From a virus, in the IMG/VR virus record IMGVR_UViG_3300033489_000005, positions 1 to 64,000 of that record: a DNA stretch of 64,000 bases; one strand, given 5' to 3'. A model generated the notes under the pieces. It saw only the letters and a program-made list of their open reading frames with translations, searched no databases and was not told where the DNA came from. Position numbers and translations under genes: made by a program. Numbering within the stretch: the first letter of the stretch is position 1; the number at the start of each line of letters is the position of its first letter. Of this stretch, positions 36,036 through 44,698 are shown piece by piece.

Positions 36036-36689
36036 ATGTCTGGTGAAATAGTCCCATTCGGTAAGTATAAAGATCAGCCTGTTGAGGTTCTACTTGCTGA
36101 CCAACAATATGTTGGCTGGCTGATAAATCAGCCATGGCTGAAAGATGTAAAATTTCAGGCGATATATAATACTATCGTCAATTTCACGTCTCCCCCTGAA
36201 GACACCCCCGAACATAACGCCATGCAGGCCCGGTTTCTTGTTCCTATTGTCAGGAGGGCGATTTATGCATTTGTGGCGCTTAGAGAAGTTGGTCCTGACG
36301 AAAAACAGATGGTATTGCGCGATTGTTCCGTTAAGTTTGAGTGTAACGGATGGGATGTGGCCTTAAATCCAGCTGATTGCTTTGATAACTGGGCTACTGG
36401 CGTGGCTATCGAGATAAAACCTTCAGTGGGTGACGATTTTCCAGCGGTCTTGCGCCAGATGAACGCGAGAAAACCTATCCCAAGAACTGATAGGCCATAT
36501 AATATTGGAACATGGAATCCAAAATACAGGGTTTTGTATACAGATAAGTTCACCTGTTCTAACTTGACATTAGAGCAGGTGCGGGAGATGTTTAAACACT
36601 CTGGCGTTACGCTTGTATTATCTAGCGAAATAACAGATTTTGTTGTGGGTAACGAGAGCCGTCTTAGGAGTTTTCTCCTAGATGAATGA
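36036..36689 (+). CDS. hypothetical protein with DUF3820-like N-terminus
   Basis: The N-terminus PFGKYKDQPVEVLLADQQYVGWL matches the PFGKYKG...Y..W motif from memory. 217 aa, lower GC. Confidence 0.55.
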   Translation: MSGEIVPFGKYKDQPVEVLLADQQYVGWLINQPWLKDVKFQAIYNTIVNFTSPPEDTPEHNAMQARFLVPIVRRAIYAFVALREVGPDEKQMVLRDCSVKFECNGWDVALNPADCFDNWATGVAIEIKPSVGDDFPAVLRQMNARKPIPRTDRPYNIGTWNPKYRVLYTDKFTCSNLTLEQVREMFKHSGVTLVLSSEITDFVVGNESRLRSFLLDE

Positions 36690-36729
36690 AAAATGGTTAG
36701 GGTATCGCCGAGGCCCTTAAGAACCGGGA

Positions 36730-36856
36730 TTGACCGGAGGCCGGGAACCGGCTATCCAGGACCAGACGCGGCTAGGGGTTGCTCCCGAAAACCGTGACCT
36801 TGACGGGTCGCCGCGTTTTCCCACACAAGGACAACAGCCGAAAGGAGGCTGTTCAG
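36730..36856 (+). promoter_or_regulatory. conserved promoter (TTGACC-N17-TATCCA) plus structured leader, family member 3
   Basis: Leader: ACGCGGC(36766-72)-TAGGGG-...-CCCGAAAA-...-GCCGCGT(36810-16)-TTTCCC. Confidence 0.5.
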
Positions 36857-37594
36857 ATGACAGCCATCATTCCATTCCATTTTGAATCGTCCGAAGTCCG
36901 CGTTCTCGACCAGGACGGCGAGCCATGGTTCGTGCTTGCCGACGTGTGTTCGGTTCTGGAGATCGGACATACCGCCACAGCGGCGCTGCGCCTTGAGGAC
37001 GACGAGAAAGCTGGTGTGGTTTTGACCGACACCAGCTCTAACGGCGTATCACAGAAGCGGGAATTTACCATCATCAACGAGTCCGGCCTTTGGAATCTCG
37101 TTATCCGCTCTGATAAGCCCCAGGCGAAAACCTTTCGCAAGTGGCTCACATCCGAGGTTATCCCTCAAATCAGGAAAACCGGAGCCTATGCCCGGCCCCT
37201 GACCCCCGGCGAACAGCTCCTCGCCAGCGTGCAGCTTTCCGTCGAGCTGGAGCGCCGGACCGCCGCCATCGAGGCCAAACAGGTTCAGACGGCCGGTATT
37301 GCCCATCAGGCGCTTGCTGTCGCTCAACAGGTCCAGGTACAGTTAGGTGTTCATGAGACAAGCGAAGAGCTTATGTACACCGTTTCTCACTACTGCGAGC
37401 TTATGGGAGTGCGGTGGCCTGTAGATACTCTGTCTATGCTTGGTAAAAGGGCCGTGGCCCTTTGTGAGTACCGTGGCGTTCTCTATGAGCGCATCAGCAA
37501 TAAGCCATACGGAAAAGTCAATCTCCATCGCGTAAGTATTCTTCGTGATGTATTTGACCGTTATGTGGCTGAACTCGAAGATTACGCGAGCTAA
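36857..37594 (+). CDS. Bro-N domain protein (antirepressor-like)
   Basis: IIPFHFESSEVRVLDQDGEPWFVLADVCSVLEI...GLWNLVIRSDKPQAKTFRKWLTSEVIPQIRKTGAY is a classical Bro-N pattern. RBS AAGGAGG. Confidence 0.75.
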   Translation: MTAIIPFHFESSEVRVLDQDGEPWFVLADVCSVLEIGHTATAALRLEDDEKAGVVLTDTSSNGVSQKREFTIINESGLWNLVIRSDKPQAKTFRKWLTSEVIPQIRKTGAYARPLTPGEQLLASVQLSVELERRTAAIEAKQVQTAGIAHQALAVAQQVQVQLGVHETSEELMYTVSHYCELMGVRWPVDTLSMLGKRAVALCEYRGVLYERISNKPYGKVNLHRVSILRDVFDRYVAELEDYAS

Positions 37595-37596
37595 CC

Positions 37597-37773
37597 ATGA
37601 CCAAAAAATACAAACCTTGCCCATCCTGCAAGCAGAAGGGTCCTGAACCTTGCTCTGCTTGTTCAGGAACCAAAAAAGACGCCAAGGGGGGTAAATGCCC
37701 CAAGTGTGGCGGCTGGGGCTACCAGGACTGCGCCACCTGCAACGGCAATGGCCAGATTGTGGTGAGCGGCTGA
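37597..37773 (+). CDS. DnaJ-type zinc-finger miniprotein (58 aa)
   Basis: MTKKYKPCPSCKQKG..CSACSGTKK...CPKCGGWG..CATCNGNG: four CxxC(xGxG) units. It is below the track cut-off. Confidence 0.55.
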   Translation: MTKKYKPCPSCKQKGPEPCSACSGTKKDAKGGKCPKCGGWGYQDCATCNGNGQIVVSG

Positions 37774-37967
37774 TGGGCGACATCCACGGAGGCCGGAAAA
37801 TCTGCCCCAGCTGCGCGGGCGGGAAGCTCGTGAAATGCCCGGCGTGCGATGGCTGGGGCCATCCGGAGAACGACGGGTACAGGGTCTGCCCGACCTGTTC
37901 GGGCGGCGGTTCTGTGAGCTGCCCGACCTGCGGCGGCGCGGGGACTGTGACCGGAGGGAAATCTTAA
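37773..37967 (+). CDS. DnaJ-type zinc-finger miniprotein (64 aa), paralogue of 37597..37773
   Basis: MGDIHGGRKICPSCAGGK..CPACDGWG...CPTCSGGG..CPTCGGAG. TGATG overlap with the upstream stop. Confidence 0.55.
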   Translation: MGDIHGGRKICPSCAGGKLVKCPACDGWGHPENDGYRVCPTCSGGGSVSCPTCGGAGTVTGGKS

Positions 37968-38047
37968 TGGGAAACCGTGTCGTTTATATTTGGCTAGCTG
38001 TGTTGTTGATGTTCGTGGTCCTGGCGCTTATGGGCTACAACCCGTAA
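37967..38047 (+). CDS. 26-aa hydrophobic peptide
   Basis: MGNRVVYIWLAVLLMFVVLALMGYNP with a TAATG overlap. Confidence 0.35.
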   Translation: MGNRVVYIWLAVLLMFVVLALMGYNP

Positions 38048-38080
38048 ACGCTTCGAAGAACTGTTAATGGAGATTTTAAA

Positions 38081-38212
38081 ATGGGAAATCCGATGCAGAA
38101 TGCAGCCGGTGACGATATTGTGGAATCGTTTCCTGGCGGTAAACCCCGTCCGGCTCCGGCTCCGGCTCCGGCTCCGCAGCCTGCCCCGCAGCCAAAACCC
38201 CAGGGGAAGTGA
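38081..38212 (+). CDS. 43-aa Pro/Ala-rich mini-ORF containing a (CCGGCT)4 microsatellite
   Basis: MGNPMQNAAGDDIVESFPGGKPRPAPAPAPAPQPAPQPKPQGK. The alternative reading is the 111-aa track ORF 38067..38402. Confidence 0.3.
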   Translation: MGNPMQNAAGDDIVESFPGGKPRPAPAPAPAPQPAPQPKPQGK

Positions 38213-38325
38213 TGGCGAAGAAACCCAGAACGCCGGGAAAGCCGGGAACCGGCGGCGGTCCCGGCGGCCCGAAAAACCCGACAGACTACCCCCGGCCGAC
38301 GCCGCCGCGAAAACCGGGGGCGTGA
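38212..38325 (+). CDS. 37-aa basic Pro/Gly-rich mini-ORF
   Basis: MAKKPRTPGKPGTGGGPGGPKNPTDYPRPTPPRKPGA, coupled by TGATG at both ends. Confidence 0.3.
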   Translation: MAKKPRTPGKPGTGGGPGGPKNPTDYPRPTPPRKPGA

Positions 38326-38402
38326 TGAGCAATCCAACGTTTTTGCTGTGGGTGTTCGTGGGGTTCGTGATTGTGTTTGTGGCCGCGTCGCTCTGCTTGT
38401 GA
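38325..38402 (+). CDS. 25-aa hydrophobic peptide
   Basis: MSNPTFLLWVFVGFVIVFVAASLCL. Confidence 0.35.
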   Translation: MSNPTFLLWVFVGFVIVFVAASLCL

Positions 38403-38415
38403 AAGGAAAATCTGA

Positions 38416-38493
38416 ATGAAAATCCAGCTTTTATGGGTTCTCGTCGCCCTGCTGTCGATTGCCGCTTTTGCGATGGTGGTAGCGGGCTCCTGA
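38416..38493 (+). CDS. 25-aa hydrophobic peptide
   Basis: MKIQLLWVLVALLSIAAFAMVVAGS, preceded by GAAAGGAAAA. Confidence 0.35.
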   Translation: MKIQLLWVLVALLSIAAFAMVVAGS

Positions 38494-38656
38494 ACGGCGC
38501 CGGACAAGCTAAGTAGTTATCCGGAAAGGGGTAAAATGCCGGTTCTCGCTTCCGAATCGAAAAAATTCGAGGCCTCGAAATTGGGAGTATTTCAACCGGA
38601 GATATCCATCCCCAAAATTGGGGATGGGTACTAAAAGTTGTAATAGGCCATAGGTC

Positions 38657-38785
38657 TTGACTCGGGCGCCGGGAACCGGTTAACAACAGGCGGCGCGGAT
38701 AGGCTGATCCCCGAAAGACAGATACTCTGGCTGTTTGCCGCGCCGCCTTCCCTCCCAGAGCCAACAGCAACAAGAGGCTGTTCGC
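38657..38785 (+). promoter_or_regulatory. conserved promoter (TTGACT-N17/18-TAACAA) plus structured leader, family member 4
   Basis: Leader: GGCGGCGCGG(38689-98)-ATAGG-...-CCCCGAAA-...-CCGCGCCGCC(38738-47)-TTCCC, a perfect 10-bp closing stem. Confidence 0.5.
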
Positions 38786-39979
38786 ATGACCAGCAAAAAA
38801 TTTCCCCCGATTCCCCCGTACTATCCCGCTCCGTCCGAGGGATGGACTGTTCCGCAGCCGGGCGCCGGGTATCCTCCGCTTCCAGGCAACCCGATTCCGC
38901 GCCGCACGCCGCCGCCCCTTCCGCCCGCTTTTGAGCAGCAGGCGGGCGGGTATGCGGCTCCATCTTCCCCAATGGAAGGGGCAAGAACAGGTCTTGACCC
39001 CTGGCGGTCGTCAAACGTCGCCCAAAAGGACGGTATGAACCCAATCCAGAAATTTACGCATGCGCTGTCCACCGGCTACATGATGGAGCTTTCCGCCATT
39101 ATCGGCGCGGATGGCTCGCATTGGTTTCTCGCCTCGGAAACGGCGCGGGCGCTGGGATACCTTAATCCGCGAAAGGCGATTATTGACCACTGCAAGCATG
39201 CACAACTTGTAGGGGGCGTAACGAATCGTGACCCCATACCAGGGGTTGCATCGCTAGATCCCCAGACTAAAATTATCCCGGAGGGGGATGTAAACCGCCT
39301 GATTGCCCGGAGCCGGTTACCGGCTGCCGTCGAGATACAGGATTGGTGGTTTGATGAGGTTATCCCGACAATTCGCAGGACAGGGGGATATGGGGTTCAG
39401 AAGCCTCTGACGCCGCGCCAACTCGCTCAGATGGTGATCGACGCCGAGAACCGCGCCGACGCTGAGAACGCCGCCCGGCTCGCCGCCGAGGCCCGGCATC
39501 TGGTCGCCGAGCGGGATAATCACCGTCTGGAGCAAATTTCAAGCTATCAGAATGTGATTATCAAGCAACAGATGGAGGATTTGACCGGACTCCATATGGT
39601 TACAAACACTTCCGATTCTTTTGCTATTCGTACCGTAGTAAAGCTCCTCGGGCAGAAAGAGAAACTATTCAATAAGTGGCTTCGTGAAAAGAAGTTTACG
39701 TTCCCTTTCTACACAGAATCTGGGGAATTACGAGGCTATCAACCATACGCCGACAAGATTTCTGCCGGGTATATGGTTCTCCGCTGGCATAATGACGATT
39801 TTGTCGGGTATGACACTCGTGATCGGGGATGTAACCGCCCCGCATCCAGGTTTTTGAAGGCTGGGATTATTCACGTTGCCGGGCGGGCAGACCTTCCCTA
39901 CCCACGAACGCATGAGCTGTATGCTGTCAGGGACCGGATACTGAAAACCGGGAATCCATTTGAGATAGACGAGCCGTAA
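38786..39979 (+). CDS. Bro-N plus KilA-C/ANT-type antirepressor-like protein with Pro-rich N-terminus
   Basis: The Bro-N-like core has HWFLASETARALGY...DVNRLIARSRLPAAVEIQDWWFDEVIPTIRRTGGY. The C-terminal part (IRTVVKLLGQKEKLFNKWLREKKF...) is ANT/KilAC-like. Confidence 0.7.
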   Translation: MTSKKFPPIPPYYPAPSEGWTVPQPGAGYPPLPGNPIPRRTPPPLPPAFEQQAGGYAAPSSPMEGARTGLDPWRSSNVAQKDGMNPIQKFTHALSTGYMMELSAIIGADGSHWFLASETARALGYLNPRKAIIDHCKHAQLVGGVTNRDPIPGVASLDPQTKIIPEGDVNRLIARSRLPAAVEIQDWWFDEVIPTIRRTGGYGVQKPLTPRQLAQMVIDAENRADAENAARLAAEARHLVAERDNHRLEQISSYQNVIIKQQMEDLTGLHMVTNTSDSFAIRTVVKLLGQKEKLFNKWLREKKFTFPFYTESGELRGYQPYADKISAGYMVLRWHNDDFVGYDTRDRGCNRPASRFLKAGIIHVAGRADLPYPRTHELYAVRDRILKTGNPFEIDEP

Positions 39980-39983
39980 GACG

Positions 39984-40019
39984 AAAAAAGCCCCCGACCT
40001 CCCGGTCGGGGGCTTTTTT
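39984..40019. terminator. bidirectional rho-independent terminator at the convergence point
   Basis: AAAAAA-GCCCCCGACC-tccc-GGTCGGGGGC-TTTTTT. Confidence 0.85.
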
Positions 40020-40152
40020 CCTTTACCAAAGGCCGCGCTCCTCTTGTTTTCCTTCAAGAAATTTCCGTTCCCGGTTCGCCGCTTTCGCCAACATTCAAGC
40101 TTTGAACAGCCGGTCTCGCCGGTTCCCACACCAGCGCCGGAATGCCCGAATT

Positions 40153-40413
40153 TTATTCACAAAGGGCCTCCGCTTCCGCCAATTCGGATTTCCAGTTCAG
40201 GGGCAACGGTTCGCCCGCCAGGGCTTTTTTCTGCCATTTCCGCAGGATAGCCGCCCGCTGGCGGAGCATCCGAACCCGCTCGCCGTCAAATCTCCGTTTT
40301 TTGTCCGTGAACGATGCTCGGAATTTGAGGCATATCTCGTTTGCCCGGACTTCCAACTTTTCCGCGCTGCGCCCAAGTTCGACGTGGTCGAGCCAGTCAA
40401 GAAGCTTCTCCAT
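40153..40413 (-). CDS. hypothetical protein
   Basis: 86-aa ORF, last gene of the leftward early cluster. Confidence 0.6.
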   Translation of the reverse strand: MEKLLDWLDHVELGRSAEKLEVRANEICLKFRASFTDKKRRFDGERVRMLRQRAAILRKWQKKALAGEPLPLNWKSELAEAEALCE

Positions 40414-40891
40414 CCGCCTCCCCCTTCCGCGCTTTCCAGTCGAGCTGGGTGAGTTCCGCCGCAGTGCGCCATACGGAGGCCGTTGGGTCTGTCACCTCGC
40501 TAAGGTCGCCGTTGGCGAGCTGGAGGGCTTCCCAGAACTCCCGTTGCATCCAGGCCGCCCGGTCGTAGTAGTCCGAAACCGAGTGAATCGAGACGTCGAA
40601 TCCGAATTGAGCCGGGGATTTGCAGATTTCAATCAAAATCGCCCGGCCGTACAGCTCACAGATCCGGAATAGCTCCGCTTCAGAGAGCCGGAGAGGCTTC
40701 TCGGCCGGTTCACAGGCCCGGATGGTCCTGAGACGCGTCTCAGACGCCTGTAGCGGGCTCTCTGGCCCTCCTAGGGCCAAATTAGCCGCTATCGTCGCCT
40801 CCATGAGGCCCGTGGGGCTCAGAACGGCGTCTGGGGGCGTTTTCGCCCCCTTCCCAACGCCCGAAGTTTTCCATAATCCGAAAAGGCTCAT
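40397..40891 (-). CDS. hypothetical protein
   Basis: ATG at 40891 (MSLFGLWK...) abutting the upstream stop. Confidence 0.6.
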   Translation of the reverse strand: MSLFGLWKTSGVGKGAKTPPDAVLSPTGLMEATIAANLALGGPESPLQASETRLRTIRACEPAEKPLRLSEAELFRICELYGRAILIEICKSPAQFGFDVSIHSVSDYYDRAAWMQREFWEALQLANGDLSEVTDPTASVWRTAAELTQLDWKARKGEADGEAS

Positions 40892-41148
40892 CACGCGGCC
40901 CTCCAATCCGGTTTTGGCTCAAGGCGGACTTCTCCCCACGCGCCACGAAATTCGTTATCCTGGTTCCGGTACAGTCCGGCCCTGGTCAGCTGGGCAAACA
41001 GATTGCTGAGTTGCCGCCCGTCCGGTCGAGGCATCAATTCGGCCGTGGCGTTATCTAGGTAAACCATCCTCCAAATTGTTCCGTCTTTGTCCTCCTCGGC
41101 CTCTTGCTCCTTTTGGGAGGCGAGCGCTGAATACAGCGCCCGTCCCAT
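40891..41148 (-). CDS. hypothetical protein
   Basis: Internal ATG (MGRALYSALAS...) of track ORF 40891..41385. The upstream part of that ORF overlaps the better ORF 41165..41407. Confidence 0.5.
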   Translation of the reverse strand: MGRALYSALASQKEQEAEEDKDGTIWRMVYLDNATAELMPRPDGRQLSNLFAQLTRAGLYRNQDNEFRGAWGEVRLEPKPDWRAA

Positions 41149-41164
41149 TGCCGACACGTTGATT

Positions 41165-41407
41165 TTAGCCAACGGCTTTCCCCTTCTGACTGTTAGATAG
41201 TGGCAGGATATACTTATCAAACGCAGATTTAGGCGGCATAGGAACTTCGTAAAGCGGCTCACCTTCCCGTGTGCACGGGTAGAAGCCGAACTTTTCCGCC
41301 TCAAATCTTCCGTCATTCTGAATGCAGTAAAGTTTACGACTCTCCGGAGTAATATAGAATACTCGGAAAAAGCCGTTATCTTCACTGTGAAATTTATATT
41401 TAATCAT
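41165..41407 (-). CDS. hypothetical protein
   Basis: 80-aa ORF, MIKYKFHSEDNGFFRVFYITPE... Confidence 0.6.
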   Translation of the reverse strand: MIKYKFHSEDNGFFRVFYITPESRKLYCIQNDGRFEAEKFGFYPCTREGEPLYEVPMPPKSAFDKYILPLSNSQKGKAVG

Positions 41408-41618
41408 CTTCTCCTTCCACCGTGAGAGTTCCGCAAGATTTTCCGTTAGAATCCCGGAGTTTCAACTCGACTTTTTTCTGCTTTCCGCGTCCGCACAGCT
41501 CATGGGCCGCCCACGGGAAAGCCCGTTCAAAAAACGTGTACAGCTCCGCCGCTCTGCCTTCTCCCATGAAGGCGTCAGTTCCGCAGTCGATTTTGAGCGT
41601 AATTGTCTTAACTTTCAA
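41400..41618 (-). CDS. hypothetical protein
   Basis: 72-aa ORF with an 8-nt overlap. Confidence 0.6.
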   Translation of the reverse strand: MKVKTITLKIDCGTDAFMGEGRAAELYTFFERAFPWAAHELCGRGKQKKVELKLRDSNGKSCGTLTVEGEDD

Positions 41619-41800
41619 CGTCCTACCTCCAAAATTTGAGATGCAAGCCTGTCGCGGTCAGAACCGCGCACAACTCCGCCCTTTTTCCCTTCCGCGTCCG
41701 TGTACAGATAGACGTACTGGCCACGGATCTTATCGCCCGTTTTGCGCAAATAGAGGCGTTCATCCTTCTCTTGAGCTGAACGCAAGTCTTTCTTTTTCAT
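41615..41800 (-). CDS. hypothetical protein
   Basis: 61-aa basic ORF with an ATGA overlap. Confidence 0.55.
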   Translation of the reverse strand: MKKKDLRSAQEKDERLYLRKTGDKIRGQYVYLYTDAEGKKGGVVRGSDRDRLASQILEVGR

Positions 41801-41853
41801 GCTGTTTCTCCCTAAAATTTAGAGCGACGAGTTGCCCCGCCGCTCCGCCCCCT

Positions 41854-42111
41854 CTACGCCTTCACGAGTCCAAATTTTCCCATCCATTCAATGAGTTCGT
41901 GTTCCGACGTGAAGCATTTCGTTCCGTCGTGGCACTCCTCATTGTATGCTGGGCGTTCGTTCGGTTGTCCCCAGCCAATAGTGCTCACATTCCACAAGTC
42001 CTCGAGTTCAATCTCCGGAGTAGTTTTCACTATGGTTGCTCCAAAGTACACCGAAACGACTTTATCGTCGTCCCCATCATCTTCAGAGGGTATGAAGTGG
42101 ATTGTAATCAT
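41854..42111 (-). CDS. hypothetical protein
   Basis: 85-aa acidic ORF. Confidence 0.6.
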   Translation of the reverse strand: MITIHFIPSEDDGDDDKVVSVYFGATIVKTTPEIELEDLWNVSTIGWGQPNERPAYNEECHDGTKCFTSEHELIEWMGKFGLVKA

Positions 42112-42148
42112 CTTATTTCTCCGCTAGTCCGTTCGGATTGAACGTCGT

Positions 42149-42172
42149 GGGAGAGCGTTTAAACGCTCTCCC
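42149..42172. repeat. 24-bp perfect palindrome GGGAGAGCGTTTAAACGCTCTCCC
   Basis: Intergenic, centred on GTTTAAAC. Confidence 0.95.
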
Positions 42173-42179
42173 CAAAGCT

Positions 42180-42611
42180 TCAATCTTTAGTAGGGCTCAC
42201 GCGCAGCGATTCAGCCCGAATATCCCGAATAAGTTGAACATATCCGTCAATCTCGTCTTTAGATTGTGCCCCGTATGGGCAGTACATCTCAAGATAGTGC
42301 TCCAATGCGTTGCACAACTTCATGAGACGCGAGCCGTTGATTTCGATAGTCACGAGGTCGGGCCCAGCATGGCCTTTAGGCGTAGACGCCATGAACTTTT
42401 TGCGAACTTCCAACGTCTTATCCCCCACAATAAATGTGCTCGATAGTTCTCTATACGGCAGGCTGCCCGTTTTCATCGCTTCGCGAGCAAGACGATATGC
42501 ATCAAACGCGTTTTCCGGAGTTGGGTCAGCGTCGAAGCGCTTTTCGGCCGCCAGGGCGGCTTGATGCGCTTGCGTGGACTTTTCAAAATATGGGTTGTGA
42601 TTGTCCGTCAT
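42180..42611 (-). CDS. hypothetical protein
   Basis: 143-aa ORF. Confidence 0.65.
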   Translation of the reverse strand: MTDNHNPYFEKSTQAHQAALAAEKRFDADPTPENAFDAYRLAREAMKTGSLPYRELSSTFIVGDKTLEVRKKFMASTPKGHAGPDLVTIEINGSRLMKLCNALEHYLEMYCPYGAQSKDEIDGYVQLIRDIRAESLRVSPTKD

Positions 42612-42629
42612 GTTTGGTCCTTTCTCAGG

Positions 42630-43004
42630 TTATATTTTCGCTAGTTTTTCTAGCCCTTTGGCAGATACCCAGCGCCCGTGTGGGCTTATTCTTGCGAGAA
42701 CTGTTATCTTCTCCCAATATTCAGGTTTTGGTATTCTGCCTATCCCGCAAATAAATATGTAATCAAAGTTATTATACGACTCTTTTATACATATTTCACA
42801 TGGATTATTTATATAATCCATTATGTAATTTACTGCTTTTTCTGCGGTATCCCGTAAAGACACATCGATTCTAACATCATTATATACTGGACCAACTTGA
42901 AAACTATTTTCTTCGGTTTCGTCCACCTTGCTTATACTAACACTATATGCGCCCACACATTTTGAAGATTTACTTATTTTGTACTTCATTTGAATTCTAA
43001 ACAT
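42630..43004 (-). CDS. hypothetical protein
   Basis: AT-rich ORF. The ATG at 43004 is preceded by AAAGGA. The track start at 43028 is GTG. Confidence 0.6.
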   Translation of the reverse strand: MFRIQMKYKISKSSKCVGAYSVSISKVDETEENSFQVGPVYNDVRIDVSLRDTAEKAVNYIMDYINNPCEICIKESYNNFDYIFICGIGRIPKPEYWEKITVLARISPHGRWVSAKGLEKLAKI

Positions 43005-43061
43005 GCTTGGTCCTTTCAAGTTAACCACACAGTAGGGCGAATAAATCGCCCTACTATATTG

Positions 43062-43901
43062 TTAGCTAGTCGCACCATAGAAAGCATCGTGCCAGCGCTT
43101 CGAACCGGCTTTATCAGTCCCGAATGCATTGCGCGCTATTATTTCACTCCAGCGTTCAAGAGTTGAATTATACGGGTCGCGCCTACAACGATAACTCGCT
43201 GTAAATGGGACTGTGACGTCTTTCCCACCATGAAATCGCGCCATACGCCACACATAGTAAGCTCTGTTGAATGTAACCCTATCGTGTGTCGTTCCTTTCG
43301 GCTCACCTTTCCAGGCCCACGATGATTTGAGCCTGCCTTTGCTTTTGCCTTGCTGGGAGACGATAAGTAGCAAGATTCTGTCAAGTTCCGTTTTGCCAGC
43401 GTGGCGGAACTCCCCTAAACCCCAGCAAACGCCGCAGGTGTCCCATTCTTTTATGTTTTGGAATTCACTATCGACCTTCCCCGTTCCCCTGCACTTAATG
43501 CACGTGCAAATCGCGTCGTCCCCCTCCCCCTCTTGAACTACCGCCTTTTTCGGTTCTGGCGCGATTGACGCTGGGAAATGTTCTTCCGGAACACCTGGAT
43601 TGATGCATGGCGCTGAACGAAGCGTGTCAGTCAGTTTTTTGACGCCAATGCGGTTCGCAATGCGTCGCAGCGCCCGCCCCACTTTTTGAGCTTCTATGCC
43701 TGTCCATTCACTCAAGTCACGAACGGCGATATGACCGGAGTTGAATTCAGAGAGACGCAGGGCGCCATACTGTGACTTATGCGCCACAAAATAGAATTTA
43801 TCTTTTCCTATAAATACCTCGTATGCGGTTCCTTCGGCCGTTGTATAGGTTATTTCGTCGCTGTCTTTAGATTTTACAGGTATATTGAAGGCTATAGTCA
43901 T
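43062..43901 (-). CDS. hypothetical protein with CxxCxGxG-type zinc finger
   Basis: 279-aa ORF with CIKCRGTGKV...CGVCWGLG. Confidence 0.65.
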   Translation of the reverse strand: MTIAFNIPVKSKDSDEITYTTAEGTAYEVFIGKDKFYFVAHKSQYGALRLSEFNSGHIAVRDLSEWTGIEAQKVGRALRRIANRIGVKKLTDTLRSAPCINPGVPEEHFPASIAPEPKKAVVQEGEGDDAICTCIKCRGTGKVDSEFQNIKEWDTCGVCWGLGEFRHAGKTELDRILLLIVSQQGKSKGRLKSSWAWKGEPKGTTHDRVTFNRAYYVWRMARFHGGKDVTVPFTASYRCRRDPYNSTLERWSEIIARNAFGTDKAGSKRWHDAFYGATS

Positions 43902-43933
43902 CTTTACTTTCCTTTCTTCATAGTAAACAACCG

Positions 43934-43957
43934 CAGAGAGCGTTTAAACGCTCTCTG
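43934..43957. repeat. 24-bp perfect palindrome CAGAGAGCGTTTAAACGCTCTCTG
   Basis: Intergenic, centred on GTTTAAAC. Confidence 0.95.
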
Positions 43958-43967
43958 AAATTGTTCT

Positions 43968-44627
43968 CTATTTAGATTTAGGCTCTAAAAGGTGGGCTTC
44001 GTCATCATGAACCCAGACTGACCAAGTAACAGAGAATTGCTCTGTATCATCTATCTGGAAAATGAAGTCCTTAACGCCATGCTCGCGTAATTTCTTGGCA
44101 GCATCGCGAGGGTTATCATTCTGCCATTCATGCCAACCTGTAACATATGAGGAAGTTTGCTTGACATAACTATATTCTGTTAAGTCTATATCAAGCGTCA
44201 TTGCGGCGTTATCATTGCCTGTCAAAAACTCTATATACTCGGATGGTTCTTCCTTTACGCAATCACCGCAGATTATTTCACTAGCGCTTTCATTCAACCA
44301 GAAGTAGCGTTTCCACCCGTGACTATCGGGGGAAGTGCGTACGCACTTCCCACATTCACAAACTGCCCATTCATCACTCCATTCGAGTTCAGCGCCGAAG
44401 TGCTCAAGGATGTTGACCAAGCGAGACATGGTTCGCTCCGCTTTGGCCTCCCCCCTTGCGTGTTCGTTCCAGTTCGCTAGGACGACAACGCCGTTTTCGA
44501 GCGTCTCATATCCCGGTTCGGCATAACCGTTGTGAGCGACGCTCATATCCGGGCATACGTGAGGCATGGTCTGAGCAATCTCTAGAACTTTTCTAATCCA
44601 CCCAGTTCTTGCTTTCAAATCAGTCAT
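43968..44627 (-). CDS. hypothetical protein
   Basis: 219-aa ORF with several Cys pairs. Confidence 0.65.
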   Translation of the reverse strand: MTDLKARTGWIRKVLEIAQTMPHVCPDMSVAHNGYAEPGYETLENGVVVLANWNEHARGEAKAERTMSRLVNILEHFGAELEWSDEWAVCECGKCVRTSPDSHGWKRYFWLNESASEIICGDCVKEEPSEYIEFLTGNDNAAMTLDIDLTEYSYVKQTSSYVTGWHEWQNDNPRDAAKKLREHGVKDFIFQIDDTEQFSVTWSVWVHDDEAHLLEPKSK

Positions 44628-44698
44628 ATTCGCGCCTTCTCAAGTTAAACGCATTGCACTCATAATAAGCCACAGCATTGTGTGGCTTATCGCTGAAT

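Noticed and set aside
37994-38773. The 259-aa minus-strand ORF spanning the mini-ORF cluster.
   Set aside because: It is an Arg/Ser/Pro-rich translation that runs against a rightward transcription unit bounded by a family promoter and a terminator. There is no RBS or start-codon context.
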